NCBI GenBank assembly: GCA_044239025.1
Contig: JBIICE010000002.1
Coordinates: forward strand, 1-58,000
DNA length: 58,000 nucleotides
Direction: 5' to 3'
Source of the DNA: Verrucomicrobiales bacterium
GTDB lineage: Bacteria > Verrucomicrobiota > Verrucomicrobiia > Verrucomicrobiales > V1-33
The notes beneath the pieces are model-generated. The model saw only the letters and a program-made list of their open reading frames with translations. It ran no database searches and had not been told where the DNA came from. Made by a program: the position numbers and the translations under genes. This document shows positions 27,346 through 39,054 of this stretch, in pieces (position 1 is the first letter of the stretch; each line of letters begins with the position of its first letter).

Positions 27346-28557
27346 ATGGCTGCACAGGCTTCCCCATTTCCGCTAAGAGTCGGTATTTCCGGCACCGGTT
27401 TCATTGCCCGGGGGTTCAAGGCATTGTCGAGGAATTTCAAGGACATGCGGGTAACGGCGGTGCTCACACGACGGCATCCGCTGTCGGTGGAGGGGATTGC
27501 GCGCGATCTGCTGGTCTCTGATCCCGAGGAGCTGGTATCGCGCTGCGACCTCGTGCTGGAATGCACTGGCGATGTCATCCGGGCCACCGAGGTGGTGGAT
27601 GCTGCCTTTCGCGCCAGCCTGCCGGTGGTGACGATGAACAGTGAGTTTCACCTGACTACCGGGTCATGGTTTTCGGGCCGGGGGATTCTCACCGAAGCGG
27701 AAGGCGACCAGCCGGGCTCGCTGGCGGCACTCGCCGAGGAAGTGTCAGGCATGGGATTCCGCCCTGTGGTTTACGGGAATACGAAACGATTCCTCAATCC
27801 GAATCCATCGGTGGAGGAAATGGAATTCTGGGCTGCCAGGCAGGGGATCTCGCTGGAGCAGGTAACGGCGTTCACGGACGGATCAAAGGTGCATTTCGAG
27901 CAGGCGTTCATCGCCAATGGGACCGGAGCGCAGCTACCCGCTGGTGGCCTGCGCGGACCTTCCGTGGCCACCCTTCAGGAAGGCGCAGAGGCGATCGCCG
28001 GCCTGATCACGGAGGGTGGAGCCATTGCTGACTACCTTGTGACCAACGATGCGCCGGGGAGTGTCTTCATCGGGGCGACTCATGACGGGAGTCACGTCGA
28101 TGCCCTCCGCTACATGAAGCTGGGGGAGGGTCCGCTTCATGTGTTCACGAGGCCTTTCCATCTCTGTTACTTCGAGATTGCCAAGACGATCCGCCGGATT
28201 GCCTTTCAGCATCTCCCCCCGCTGCTCACCAACGGAATGGTGCCCCGTTATGGGATTGCTGCCGTAGCCAAGCGCACCCTCGAACCCGGCGAGCGCATCC
28301 CCAGAGGCCTCGGGAGCTTTGCCGTCCGGGGAGAAGCGGTGGAACTGAGCGACAACCTCGGGCACTGTCCGATTGGACTGCTGCAGAACGCCGTGCTGCG
28401 GCGGAAAGTCAGGCCGGGGGAAATCCTCGGCATGGACGATGTGGCATTGCCGGATTCGCTGGCGCTGCAGGCATGGATGGAGATCGAGAGCCGGGTTCGT
28501 GCCGCGGGACGGATGAAGGCCACCCCGATCGCTGCCTTCGCATCGGCGGCACCCTAG
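27346..28557 (+). CDS. NAD(P)-binding oxidoreductase with C-terminal SAF-like domain (COG4091 'predicted homoserine dehydrogenase'-like)
   Basis: Rossmann-like N-terminus RVGISGTGFIARGF. The central dehydrogenase-like region and the C-terminal segment (LEPGERIPRGLGSFAVRGEAVEL...) resemble a SAF domain. Assignment from memory of the family pattern only. Confidence 0.6.
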   Translation: MAAQASPFPLRVGISGTGFIARGFKALSRNFKDMRVTAVLTRRHPLSVEGIARDLLVSDPEELVSRCDLVLECTGDVIRATEVVDAAFRASLPVVTMNSEFHLTTGSWFSGRGILTEAEGDQPGSLAALAEEVSGMGFRPVVYGNTKRFLNPNPSVEEMEFWAARQGISLEQVTAFTDGSKVHFEQAFIANGTGAQLPAGGLRGPSVATLQEGAEAIAGLITEGGAIADYLVTNDAPGSVFIGATHDGSHVDALRYMKLGEGPLHVFTRPFHLCYFEIAKTIRRIAFQHLPPLLTNGMVPRYGIAAVAKRTLEPGERIPRGLGSFAVRGEAVELSDNLGHCPIGLLQNAVLRRKVRPGEILGMDDVALPDSLALQAWMEIESRVRAAGRMKATPIAAFASAAP

Positions 28558-28600
28558 GATTGCGCTTGCACCTGAGACGCAAGAAGGAAGCGGTGCCTGC

Positions 28601-29359
28601 ATGATTCTCGGGAAACGAGTGATAGTGACCATGCCGGCGTACCATGCGGGACGCACGGTGGAGAAAATGGCGTCTGCCATGCCGCGCGACGTGATCGACG
28701 AAGTGATCTTCGTGGACGATGCGTCTGGAGACGATGGGTACGAGAAGGCAGTGAAGGCTGGACTCACGGCCTTCCGCAACGAACGGAATCTCAACTATGG
28801 CGGAAACGTGAAACGATGCCTGCAGCTGGCGCTCGATCACGGAGCCGACATCGCCGTCCTTCTGCATCCCGACTGCCAGTACACCCCATCGCTGGTCCCG
28901 GCCATGGCAGCGATGCTCTGCGGAACCCCCTACGATCTCTGCCTCGCCTCGCGCACCTCCGGAGCCGGCACGGTTTCAGCGGGCATGCCCTTCTGGCGCT
29001 ACCTGCCCAACCGCGTCATCACCACCTACATGTCATGGTGCCTCGGCGTGCGTCACACCGAGTACCACACGGGTTACCGTGCCTACTCCCGAAGGCTCCT
29101 CGAAGCGGTTCCCTTTCACAGCTACCGCAACGACTTCATCTTCGATAACCAGACCCTCATCGGAGCCATGGAGCGGGGATTCCGTACCTGCGAAGTCACC
29201 TGTCCGACGGTTTATCAGGACGACAGCAGCTCGATCCCCTTCGGCAAGAGTGTCCGCTACGGGCTGCAGTGCCTGAAGATTTCGCTTCCGTTCCTCCGGA
29301 AACGGATGCTGGGACAGGTCCAGCCACCCCGGCGGTGGCCCGAGGGCGATTTTGCCTGA
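28601..29359 (+). CDS. Glycosyltransferase family 2
   Basis: VTMPAYHAGRTVEKM, VIFVDDASGDDG (DxD-type) and LLHPDCQY, a typical GT-A fold N-terminal half. 252 aa, no TM segment. Confidence 0.85.
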   Translation: MILGKRVIVTMPAYHAGRTVEKMASAMPRDVIDEVIFVDDASGDDGYEKAVKAGLTAFRNERNLNYGGNVKRCLQLALDHGADIAVLLHPDCQYTPSLVPAMAAMLCGTPYDLCLASRTSGAGTVSAGMPFWRYLPNRVITTYMSWCLGVRHTEYHTGYRAYSRRLLEAVPFHSYRNDFIFDNQTLIGAMERGFRTCEVTCPTVYQDDSSSIPFGKSVRYGLQCLKISLPFLRKRMLGQVQPPRRWPEGDFA

Positions 29360-29517
29360 CCCCGGAAACGGCACCGGTTTTTCCGGAGCATCAGCCAGTC
29401 GGCCCGCCAAACGGCCAAGGCGGACATCCGCAACTTTGCGAAAAAAAATTCCCCAAACCGCTGCGCCCGTGTAGCTTCCGGGAGTTCAGAGAACGCCCAC
29501 CCGGAAACTTCACGCCT

Positions 29518-31167
29518 ATGGCTCCCGTCGAGAAATTTGTCCACGCAGTCCGCCGCCGCATGAGCTGGCAGCGGGCCCTGCGCGCCTTCCTGTGGTCGGT
29601 GCTGGCGGCAGCCCTCGCGCTGCTGGCTGTGTCCCTCGTCTACATGCTGCAGGGTTATGCGGTTCCCCGCCTCTGGTACGGCGGGGCCGCCCTCGCGGCG
29701 CTCGCCGGGGGCGCGGTCGCGTCCTTCCTGCGCCGACCCAACCTCGAGGAAGCCGCGGCCTGCGCCGACGATGCCTTCCAACTCCGAGACAGCATCGTTT
29801 CGCAGCGCCGCTTCGAGGCCGAACACCGGGAAGGCGGTTTCTTCAACCTGCAGGCAGAGCGCACCGCCGGCACAGTCAGCCAGCTCGATCCCGCTGCGCT
29901 TCCTTTTCCATGGCCGCGCAGGCTGGCTACGGGTGCTGGCCTGCTCGCGCTCGCCGCGTCGCTGACTGCCTTCAAGTCCACGGAGCAGTCGGTCCTCGAC
30001 CGCATGGCCCGCGAGGAGATGACCGAAGACCGCATGGAGGAAATCCGCAGAGACTTCGAGGAAGCCATCCGTGAACTCGAGAAGACCGCCGACGAGGAGG
30101 AGCTGAAGGAACTCAATGCCAATGAACTCAAGAAATACGTCGACGAACTGAAGGCCACGAAGGATGTCGCCGAGGCCATGAAGCAACTCGCGGAACTCGA
30201 GCGCAAGATGGACAAGGCCGCGAAGGCCCTTGAGCAGAAGAAGGAGGCCCAGCTCATGAAAAAGGCGGGCGAGGAACTCGAAAAAGAAGAGGATCCCCAG
30301 GCCCGCGAGCTGGCGAAGAAACTGAAGAACGAGCAGTTCAAGGAGGCTGCCAAGGATCTCGCGAAAATGATGCCTCAGGACGACGAGGCCAAAAAGACCG
30401 CCGAGAAACGGAAGGAAGCAGCCAAACTCAAGGCCGCCGCCAAACGCATGGCCTCCGCTGCCCGCGCCCAGAAGAGCAACCAGGCGAAAAACAGCCAGAA
30501 CGGCCGCGAGAATCAGCAGAACGGCCAGCAGGCCCAGGTTTCCCAGGCACCCCAGGAACAGGAGCTTTCCGAGGAACTCGAGCAGCTTGAAATGGAAGCT
30601 GACGAATACGATCAGCAGATGGAGGAAATGGAAGCCGACGAGAAAGCCGGCAAAGCCGATCCCTCCAAACTCGGCAAACTGGAAGCATCCAAGGCCAAGC
30701 TGGGCGAGCGGCTCGGCAAACTCGGCCAGCGTCTCGGGAAGATGGGTGCGAAGCGCGACGCCAGGATGAAGCTCCTCGGCATGTGCAAGAATGCCGGGCA
30801 GAGTCAGGGATTCCTCCAGGGCATGGGGCAGTCGCCTTTTGCCATGCCCGGAGGCAAGGAGGCCGGGGTGGGATCCATCGAGTCGCGCCGCGAGGGATCA
30901 GACGAACTGAGTGACAACGGCAACACGGCTCAGCTCAAGGGGCAGAAAGGCAGTGGACCGAGCCTGACCAAAGTGGAGGCTGCGGACGACGGTACCGGTG
31001 TGAGCAGCCGCCGCGGTGAAGCGCGGGAACGCACCTTCCGCCGCCAGTTTGAATCCTTCGTCCAGCGCGAGGACGTCCCGGAAGACGTCAAGGCCGGCGT
31101 GAAGAACTACTTCAATGCCCTGCATGCCGCCGAGGAAGCTGCTGCCGGGACCCCGGCCGGAAAGTAG
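29518..31167 (+). CDS. Membrane-anchored Lys/Glu/Gln-rich coiled-coil protein (hypothetical), first gene of the MoxR block
   Basis: ORF 29269..31167. The first ATG after the GT2 stop is 29518 (MAPVEKFVHAVRRRMSWQRALRAFLWSVLAAALALLAVSLV...). Two to three TM helices, then about 300 aa of heptad-like K/E/A/Q sequence. Purine-rich coding strand. Same strand as moxR and 57 bp from it. Confidence 0.65.
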   Translation: MAPVEKFVHAVRRRMSWQRALRAFLWSVLAAALALLAVSLVYMLQGYAVPRLWYGGAALAALAGGAVASFLRRPNLEEAAACADDAFQLRDSIVSQRRFEAEHREGGFFNLQAERTAGTVSQLDPAALPFPWPRRLATGAGLLALAASLTAFKSTEQSVLDRMAREEMTEDRMEEIRRDFEEAIRELEKTADEEELKELNANELKKYVDELKATKDVAEAMKQLAELERKMDKAAKALEQKKEAQLMKKAGEELEKEEDPQARELAKKLKNEQFKEAAKDLAKMMPQDDEAKKTAEKRKEAAKLKAAAKRMASAARAQKSNQAKNSQNGRENQQNGQQAQVSQAPQEQELSEELEQLEMEADEYDQQMEEMEADEKAGKADPSKLGKLEASKAKLGERLGKLGQRLGKMGAKRDARMKLLGMCKNAGQSQGFLQGMGQSPFAMPGGKEAGVGSIESRREGSDELSDNGNTAQLKGQKGSGPSLTKVEAADDGTGVSSRRGEARERTFRRQFESFVQREDVPEDVKAGVKNYFNALHAAEEAAAGTPAGK

Positions 31168-31224
31168 CACCGATATTTCCCAGGACCAATCAACCGCCCA
31201 GCGATTCACCGCCCATTTTTCATT

Positions 31225-32220
<996 letters not shown>

Positions 32221-32267
32221 AGCAGCCCCGGCCGGGCCCACTTTCAGCCTCTCCGCCTGACGGTTCC

Positions 32268-33131
32268 ATGCTCACTGACCCTTCCTTCATCCGCAAGCTC
32301 GACGGACTTTACCTGCTGGCGCGGAAGGTCCTCGGCGGGTCCATGCAGGCCGACCGGAAATCGACGAGAAAGGGGTCGGGAATCACCTTCGCGGACTACG
32401 CCGAGTACCATCCGGGAGACGACTTCCGCAGCATCGACTGGAGGGTCTACGGCAGGTTCGAACAACTTGTCGTCAAGCTCTTCGAAATCGATGAGGACGC
32501 CACTGTATACATTCTGCTCGATGAAAGCCCGAGCATGAAATCGAAATTCCTCACAGCGCGTCAGCTCGCGGCGGGCATCGGCTACATCGCCCTGCATATG
32601 CTGGACCAGCTCTGCGTCTACGGACTGGCCGACCGTCTCCAGCCGATACTGGAACGGACCCGGGGCCGGGGCAAGGTGCTCCCGTTCCTGCGGGGACTCG
32701 AAGACGCGGCCACCTTCGGCAGCGACACCAATTTCACGGCCTGCGCCCGGGAATTCCAGGCCCGGCACCGCCGCAAGGGCATCATCGTGGTGATTTCCGA
32801 CTTTCTCTTTCCATCGGGCTTCGATGATGGCCTGAAGTTCCTTCAGTGGAACCGCCATGAGGTCTTCTGCCTGCAGGTGCAGGATGAGAACGACACGAAA
32901 TGCGACTGGAAGGGCGATGTGGAGCTGAGCTGCGTGGAGACCGGTGAGCGTCAGCGGCTGACCATCACTCCGCGCGAAGCGAAACTGTACGAACAGGCGG
33001 TCGCCGACTGGAATGAAAGCCTCCGGAAGTGCTGTGCGAAACGCGGGATCGGCCTCGCGAGCACGACCCCACTGGTGCCGTTTGAGGTCGTCATCACGGA
33101 CATTCTCAGACGCGGAGGACTGGTGGCATGA
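32268..33131 (+). CDS. DUF58 domain-containing protein
   Basis: FADYAEYHPGDDFRSIDWRVYGRFEQLVVKLFE is the DUF58 signature. Canonical position downstream of MoxR. The stop overlaps the next start (ATGA 33128-33131). Confidence 0.9.
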   Translation: MLTDPSFIRKLDGLYLLARKVLGGSMQADRKSTRKGSGITFADYAEYHPGDDFRSIDWRVYGRFEQLVVKLFEIDEDATVYILLDESPSMKSKFLTARQLAAGIGYIALHMLDQLCVYGLADRLQPILERTRGRGKVLPFLRGLEDAATFGSDTNFTACAREFQARHRRKGIIVVISDFLFPSGFDDGLKFLQWNRHEVFCLQVQDENDTKCDWKGDVELSCVETGERQRLTITPREAKLYEQAVADWNESLRKCCAKRGIGLASTTPLVPFEVVITDILRRGGLVA

Positions 33132-34903
33132 AGTTTCTGGCACCGCTCTTCTTCTGGTCGTTTCTGAGCTTTCTCCCGCTCGTCGCCATCTATTTCCTCA
33201 AGGTGCGGCCGCGGCGCCGGGAAGCCACTGCCTACTTCCTCTGGAACCGCGTCTTCACCGAGAAGAAGTCAACATCCCTTTTCCAGCGGCTGCGGGATCT
33301 GCTTTCGCTGCTGCTCATGTCCCTGGTCTTCGGGGCGGTCTGTCTTTCCCTGACCCGACCGGAAATGGTCAGTGACGAACGCAAGGATCTCCTGCTGCTG
33401 ATCGACCATTCCGCGAGCATGTCGGCCGGGGAAGGCGGCCAGCAGCGGCTTGCGCTCGCCCGCGAGGCCGCTGCAGGCCTCATCCGCGGCATGGACGCCA
33501 GCCAGCGTGCTGCTGTGGCTGCCGTGGCGGGAGACATCCGCTTCTTCTCGCACCTCACCGACAATCCGCGCGAGCTGCTTGACGCGGTCAAAGCCGTCCC
33601 GCCCACCGCCCTTGGTTTCCGTCCCGCCGCCATGGACGCCCTGCGCAGCGGCGAAAGCAGCGAGTGGATGAAAGGTCACCGCCTGATTCTGATCACGGAC
33701 GGCTGTTTTCCGGACGGCAAGCCACCCGAAGGCGTGGAGATCCTCAAGGTTGGCGAGCCACTCGAGAATGCCGGCATCATCGCGGCCGACGCGCGCTATC
33801 TGCCCGGCCCCGGCAACCGTCTGGGCATCTACCTCCAGCTGGCTTCCTCGTTCCGGGAGACCGTGAAGGCGGACCTCCTCCTGAAGCCGGCGGATGGAGT
33901 GACCATCGGCAAGCTGGTGAATCTCGAGATCAAACCAGGCATGAATCCCGGCGAGTCGTTTGTGATCGAGGAGGCACAGCCGGGCCGATGGCTTGCGAAG
34001 CTGGAGATTCAGGATGCCTTTGCGGCCGACCATGAGGTCTTTCTGGTCGCCCAGAAACCCAAGCCGGTCCGCGTGCACGTGGAGGCTTCGGATAAATTCT
34101 TCTTCGATGCTGCGGTGGAATCGTTCTCCGGCAGCGGCAGTGGATTCCTCCTGCTCAGCCCGGAGAGCCCGCAGTTGGTCATTTCCCGGGGCAAGGCCCC
34201 GGAAGCACCGCTCGCGCTCGTCTTCCAGCCGGACGGTGCGTCGCCATGGTGGCAATCGGTTGGGGAAGCGCTTGAGTCGGCTGTCCCCCGGGTGGCTGTC
34301 CCTGACCATCCGGTGCTGCGCCACCTCGATGCTGCCGGCTTGAATTTTGCGGGCGCGAAAAAGATGGTTCCTCCACGGGACGCTCTCGTCCTGATTGAAA
34401 GCGAGGACGGGGTTCCTCTGCTGTACACGGCTTCTGCGGGCGGGCGTTCTGTGATCGTGGCCAACATGAATCCAGTGGAGGCCGATTTCTTCTACTCTGC
34501 CTGGTTTCCTGTTCTTGTGCATAGTGCCGCCACTTATCTTGCGGGCCGGGACGACAGTCTCGCCGCCACCTACACGCCCGGCGAAAGCATGCCGCTTCCC
34601 GGCGTCCGTCCCGGAGACGTCACTACCATCCGCCTGCCCGACGGCTCTTCCGTGTCCTCCGCTTCCCGCCGCTTCGGTCCGCTCGAAACCCCCGGATTCT
34701 ACACCCTGCAGAATCAGGCGGGAGAATGGCTGGCGGCCGTCAATCTGCTCTCGCCCTCTGAGAGCCTCCTCGACAATTCCCCGGTAGTTTCTTCGCTGGC
34801 ACCCATCGCCACGGGTATCCCTCCCTACCTGATGCTCACCATCCTCGCGATCCTGGTCCTCCTCGTTGAGTCGATCCTCTATCACCGCAGAAAGGTGGGC
34901 TGA
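33128..34903 (+). CDS. BatA-N-terminal/von Willebrand factor A domain membrane protein
   Basis: N-terminus [32 protein letters not shown] (aerotolerance-regulator N-terminal type). MIDAS motif [18 protein letters not shown]-terminal TM helix [20 protein letters not shown]. Confidence 0.85.
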   Translation: MKFLAPLFFWSFLSFLPLVAIYFLKVRPRRREATAYFLWNRVFTEKKSTSLFQRLRDLLSLLLMSLVFGAVCLSLTRPEMVSDERKDLLLLIDHSASMSAGEGGQQRLALAREAAAGLIRGMDASQRAAVAAVAGDIRFFSHLTDNPRELLDAVKAVPPTALGFRPAAMDALRSGESSEWMKGHRLILITDGCFPDGKPPEGVEILKVGEPLENAGIIAADARYLPGPGNRLGIYLQLASSFRETVKADLLLKPADGVTIGKLVNLEIKPGMNPGESFVIEEAQPGRWLAKLEIQDAFAADHEVFLVAQKPKPVRVHVEASDKFFFDAAVESFSGSGSGFLLLSPESPQLVISRGKAPEAPLALVFQPDGASPWWQSVGEALESAVPRVAVPDHPVLRHLDAAGLNFAGAKKMVPPRDALVLIESEDGVPLLYTASAGGRSVIVANMNPVEADFFYSAWFPVLVHSAATYLAGRDDSLAATYTPGESMPLPGVRPGDVTTIRLPDGSSVSSASRRFGPLETPGFYTLQNQAGEWLAAVNLLSPSESLLDNSPVVSSLAPIATGIPPYLMLTILAILVLLVESILYHRRKVG

Positions 34904-34982
34904 ATCCACCGTCGGCAACATGCGCTTTGCAGGAAAAGATTTCCGTTTTATTGGAAATCCCACCGTTTCGCTTCTCCTGCCC

Positions 34983-37781
34983 ATGAACACCGACACCTAT
35001 TTCTCCCGTCACTGCGGGCCAAGACCCGAGGAAATCGCCGCCATGTCGGAAGTCTGCGGGCATGCGTCTCTCGAGGCACTCATCGAGGCCACAGTGCCGC
35101 CTGCCATCCGCATGAAGCGGGCCCTCGGGGTCCCGGCAGCGGCCGGGGAACAGGAAGCACTGGCGGAACTCAGAGCCGTGATGAGCCGCAATCAGGTGCT
35201 CCGTTCCTGCATTGGCCAGGGATACTACGGGACGGTGACGCCGCCGGTCATTCAGCGCAATATCCTTGAGAATCCGGCCTGGTACACCGCCTATACGCCC
35301 TACCAGGCGGAGATCAGTCAGGGGCGGCTGGAGGCGCTTCTCAACTTCCAGACGATGGTTGCGGAACTCACGGCGCTGCCGGTTTCCAATGCCTCTCTGC
35401 TCGACGAAGGGACGGCTGCAGCGGAAGCGGTCTCGCTGTGCCACGGAGCCACTGCCGTGGCCAACCCCCGGCGGATCCTGGTCGATGCAGGGGTTTTCCC
35501 GCAGACGCTCGCGGTCATCCGGACGCGCTGCGAACCTCTCGGCATCGAAGTCGTCACGGCTTGCTGCGCCAGTCTTCAGTTCGGCCCTGACGAAGGAATT
35601 TTCGCGGTCGTGGTCCAGTATCCCGCGGGTGACGGGAGCGTCACCGACTGGCGGCCGCTCTGTGCGGAGTTCCAGCGCCGCGGGGCGCTCGTGGTGATGA
35701 TAGCCGACCTCCTGGCGCTGACATTGCTGGTGCCGCCGGGAGAAATGGGAGCGGATGTCGCGGTGGGCAGTACCCAGCGGTTCGGAGTACCCATGGGAGG
35801 AGGAGGACCGCATGCGGCCTACATGGCCGTGAAGGATGAACTCAAACGCAGGCTTCCGGGGCGTCTCATCGGGGTCAGCGTCGACAGCGCCGGAGCCCCG
35901 GCCATGCGGCTGAGCCTGCAGACCCGTGAACAGCACATCCGGCGGGACAAGGCCACCAGCAACATCTGCACCGCGCAGGTTCTGCTGGCGGTGATGGCTG
36001 GAATGTACGCGGTCTGGCACGGGCCGGAGGGGCTCCGCGCGATCGCCGAACGCGTTCACGGCCACACCGGTCGGCTCGCCGCTGCGCTGGGCAGCGCCTG
36101 TCAGGACACGTTCTTCGACACGCTTACCGTGAAGGTTCCCGGAACGGCTGAGGAGGTGCTCGCAGCAGCCGCTGCACGTGGATGCAACCTCCGGTTCATC
36201 GACGCCGATCACGTGGGTATCTCCTGCGATGAACTGACGACCGACGCGGAAATCGCTCTCCTTGCCGGACTGTGCGGCACCGATGCCCCCGACGGTAGCC
36301 GCCATGGGATTCCTGCTGAACTCCGCCGCACGTCCGGTTATCTCACCCAGGACGTCTTTCAGCGATTCCATACAGAGCACGAACTCCTGCGGTACATCCA
36401 CCGGCTTGCAGCGAAGGACCTGACGCTCTGCGACAGCATGATTCCTCTCGGTTCGTGCACCATGAAGCTGAATGCCACTTCGGTCATGCTGCCGGTTTCC
36501 TGGCCCGAGGTGTCAGCCATGCATCCCTTTGCCCCATCCTCTCAGCAGGAGGGAACCGCCGCGATGATCGCCCAACTGGAGACATGGCTGGCCGACATCA
36601 CCGGACTCGCCGCCGTCTCGGTGGCGCCCAATGGCGGGAGCCAGGGGGAATACGCCGGGCTTCTGGCGATCCGGGGATGGCACCGCAGCCGCGGCGACTT
36701 CCATAGGGATGTCTGTCTCATCCCCGTGAGCGCCCACGGAACCAACCCGGCCAGCGCCGTCATGGCCGGCATGAAGGTCGTTCCGGTGAAGTGTGATGCG
36801 GACGGAAACATCGACACGGCCGACCTCGAGGCCCGGGCGGCCGAACATGCCGCCAGTCTTGCCGCACTCATGATCACCTATCCCTCGACTCATGGGGTGT
36901 TCGAGGAATCCATCGCCGCCATCTGCGAAGTCATCCATCGCCACGGTGGGCAGGTTTACATGGATGGCGCGAACATGAACGCCCAGGTTGGCCTCACCAG
37001 CCCCGGCAACATCGGCGCGGATGTCTGTCACCTCAATCTCCACAAAACCTTCTGCATCCCACACGGAGGCGGAGGCCCCGGCGTCGGTCCGGTCTGCGTT
37101 GCGGCTCATCTCGTGCCCTTCCTGCCGGGCAGGGGCATCGTGGGACCAGTGGTGAGTGCTCCGCACGGCAGCGCCAGCATCAATGTGATCCCGTGGATGT
37201 ACATCCGCATGATGGGACCGGACGGCCTCAGCGAAGCCACCCGGATCGCCATCCTCAACGCCAATTACATCGCCGCCCGGGTGGGCGATGCCTTCCCGGT
37301 TCTCTACCGGGGCCGAAATGGAACGGTGGCCCACGAGTGCATCATTGATGTCAGGCCATACCGGGAATCCGCCGGAGTGAGCGTGGAGGATGTTGCCAAA
37401 CGCCTCATCGACTATGGCTACCATGCCCCCACCATGAGCTGGCCCGTGGCCGGGACCCTCATGATCGAGCCGACCGAGAGCGAAAGCCGGGCGGAACTCG
37501 ACCGCTTCTGCGATGCATTGATTTCCATCCATGGGGAAATCATGGCCATCCAGAATGGACTGGCCGACCCTGCCAGCAATGTGCTCCGCCACGCTCCTCA
37601 CACCGCGGCCTGCCTCCTTGCATCGGCATGGGACCGTCCCTACTCGCGGGAACAGGCCGCCTATCCGGACGAGCACAGCCGTCATCACAAATACTGGCCG
37701 CCCGTGGGCCGCGTGGACAACGTCCACGGTGACCGCAATCTTGTCTGCACCTGCGAGTCGGTCAGCACCTACGCGCGCTGA
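34983..37781 (+). CDS. gcvP: Glycine dehydrogenase (decarboxylating), single-chain P protein
   Basis: ATG 34983 ([13 protein letters not shown]...). [25 protein letters not shown]-lysine region [22 protein letters not shown]. About 930 aa. Confidence 0.95.
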   Translation: MNTDTYFSRHCGPRPEEIAAMSEVCGHASLEALIEATVPPAIRMKRALGVPAAAGEQEALAELRAVMSRNQVLRSCIGQGYYGTVTPPVIQRNILENPAWYTAYTPYQAEISQGRLEALLNFQTMVAELTALPVSNASLLDEGTAAAEAVSLCHGATAVANPRRILVDAGVFPQTLAVIRTRCEPLGIEVVTACCASLQFGPDEGIFAVVVQYPAGDGSVTDWRPLCAEFQRRGALVVMIADLLALTLLVPPGEMGADVAVGSTQRFGVPMGGGGPHAAYMAVKDELKRRLPGRLIGVSVDSAGAPAMRLSLQTREQHIRRDKATSNICTAQVLLAVMAGMYAVWHGPEGLRAIAERVHGHTGRLAAALGSACQDTFFDTLTVKVPGTAEEVLAAAAARGCNLRFIDADHVGISCDELTTDAEIALLAGLCGTDAPDGSRHGIPAELRRTSGYLTQDVFQRFHTEHELLRYIHRLAAKDLTLCDSMIPLGSCTMKLNATSVMLPVSWPEVSAMHPFAPSSQQEGTAAMIAQLETWLADITGLAAVSVAPNGGSQGEYAGLLAIRGWHRSRGDFHRDVCLIPVSAHGTNPASAVMAGMKVVPVKCDADGNIDTADLEARAAEHAASLAALMITYPSTHGVFEESIAAICEVIHRHGGQVYMDGANMNAQVGLTSPGNIGADVCHLNLHKTFCIPHGGGGPGVGPVCVAAHLVPFLPGRGIVGPVVSAPHGSASINVIPWMYIRMMGPDGLSEATRIAILNANYIAARVGDAFPVLYRGRNGTVAHECIIDVRPYRESAGVSVEDVAKRLIDYGYHAPTMSWPVAGTLMIEPTESESRAELDRFCDALISIHGEIMAIQNGLADPASNVLRHAPHTAACLLASAWDRPYSREQAAYPDEHSRHHKYWPPVGRVDNVHGDRNLVCTCESVSTYAR

Positions 37782-37839
37782 TGCGCTCTGCCGCAGGAGC
37801 CCCGGAAGGTCGATCACCCGCCGGGGCCCGCGGCCGCCA

Positions 37840-38889
37840 TCATTCCCAGCGGATTTCGCTCACCTTGACCGGCACTCCACCGGCCGCGGCCGACTGGTCC
37901 GCTGCAAAAATCACCTGGTGGCTCCGCAGGGCGTCCTTCAGGCTGGTCAGTGCCATCGCTTCGCCCTTCGCAAGTGCCGTGAAGAAAGCGTCGAACTGCG
38001 TCTGGTAGGGGTGGTCCGCCACGTCGCCGGAATCGATGGGATGAATGCTCAACTCGCTCCACTTCGCCTTGTTGAGGGAAGCCAGTTTGTTCGTGTGAAA
38101 TTTTCCGTCGAGGAGGCTGCCTTCGCTTCCCACCAGGTGCGTGTGGAAATAATACGGCTGGAAGCAGTCGATGACGCTGGCGCATTTGCCGGTTCTGCCG
38201 TCCGCGAATTTGAGAAGCGACGCCGTGGTGGTCGGGTATTCGTAGACGGAGAAGTACGGGTGCGAGCTCTGGGTGTTGAGCGAAATCACCGTATCGACAT
38301 CGCCATCCATGCAGAGCAGCAGGGCGTCCATGGCGTGACATCCGGCGCTCAGCAGGCTGCTGCCGCCTCCGCTCTTCTTCTGGTTCCAGCGGTACTGTCC
38401 GTACCATGGACCAACCCCGTGGTAGTAGTCCACTTCACCGTAGTGCACGCGGCCCAGCAGTCCGGTGTCGATGGCGCTCTTCACCGTGAGAAACTGTCCG
38501 CTGTAGCGCACTTCGAAACACACGCAGGTGTGCACGCCCGACTTTTTCACCGCCCTGTCAATCTGCATGCACTCGTCCCAGTTGAGCGCGATGGGCTTTT
38601 CGAGAATGAAGTGTTTGCCCGCTTCGGCGGCCGCCACCGCAAACTTCGTGTGGTCCCAGGGGTAGCCCGTGATGTCGACCACTTCGAGATCGCTCTGCGC
38701 AAAGAAGGCGGCCGCATCCGTGAACGTCCGGATCGGGGTGCCGTATTTTGCGCTGAGTTCGGTCTCATCGAGCGGGCGCTGCGAGAGAATGGACGTGACG
38801 CGCGATTTGCCTGTGGCCTGCAGCGCTGGAATGTGAGCCGTGGCGGCCCAGCCGTAGCCGATGATACCGGTGTTGAATACTTTGGACAT
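37840..38889 (-). CDS. Gfo/Idh/MocA-family oxidoreductase
   Basis: ATG 38889 gives MSKVFNTGIIGYGWAATAHIPAL (Rossmann). EKP motif HFILEKPIAL. The track ORF extends to 38976, but those residues look non-coding. Confidence 0.85.
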   Translation of the reverse strand: MSKVFNTGIIGYGWAATAHIPALQATGKSRVTSILSQRPLDETELSAKYGTPIRTFTDAAAFFAQSDLEVVDITGYPWDHTKFAVAAAEAGKHFILEKPIALNWDECMQIDRAVKKSGVHTCVCFEVRYSGQFLTVKSAIDTGLLGRVHYGEVDYYHGVGPWYGQYRWNQKKSGGGSSLLSAGCHAMDALLLCMDGDVDTVISLNTQSSHPYFSVYEYPTTTASLLKFADGRTGKCASVIDCFQPYYFHTHLVGSEGSLLDGKFHTNKLASLNKAKWSELSIHPIDSGDVADHPYQTQFDAFFTALAKGEAMALTSLKDALRSHQVIFAADQSAAAGGVPVKVSEIRWE

Positions 38890-39054
38890 GGTCAGTGGGG
38901 AAGGGGTTGCTTGCGGTGTCCCGGACCGTACGGAGCATCGCGCCCGGGGGCAAACACAACTCCACCGCGTTTGCATATTTTTCAGGGAATCTGACGCCTT
39001 CGGCCAGCCGACCCGGTTGCGGAAGTGTCACAAGACCGCGAGAGAATTACTACC

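Noticed and set aside
34850-34982. Possible glycine riboswitch in front of gcvP (CCACCGTCGGCAAC and CCCACCGTTTCGC vaguely resemble the ACCGAAGGGGCAA core).
   Set aside because: The spacer is only about 80 nt. No GGAGAG/CTCTGGAGAG P1-type elements or CTCAGGCAAAAGGAC-like segment were found, so the resemblance is too weak.
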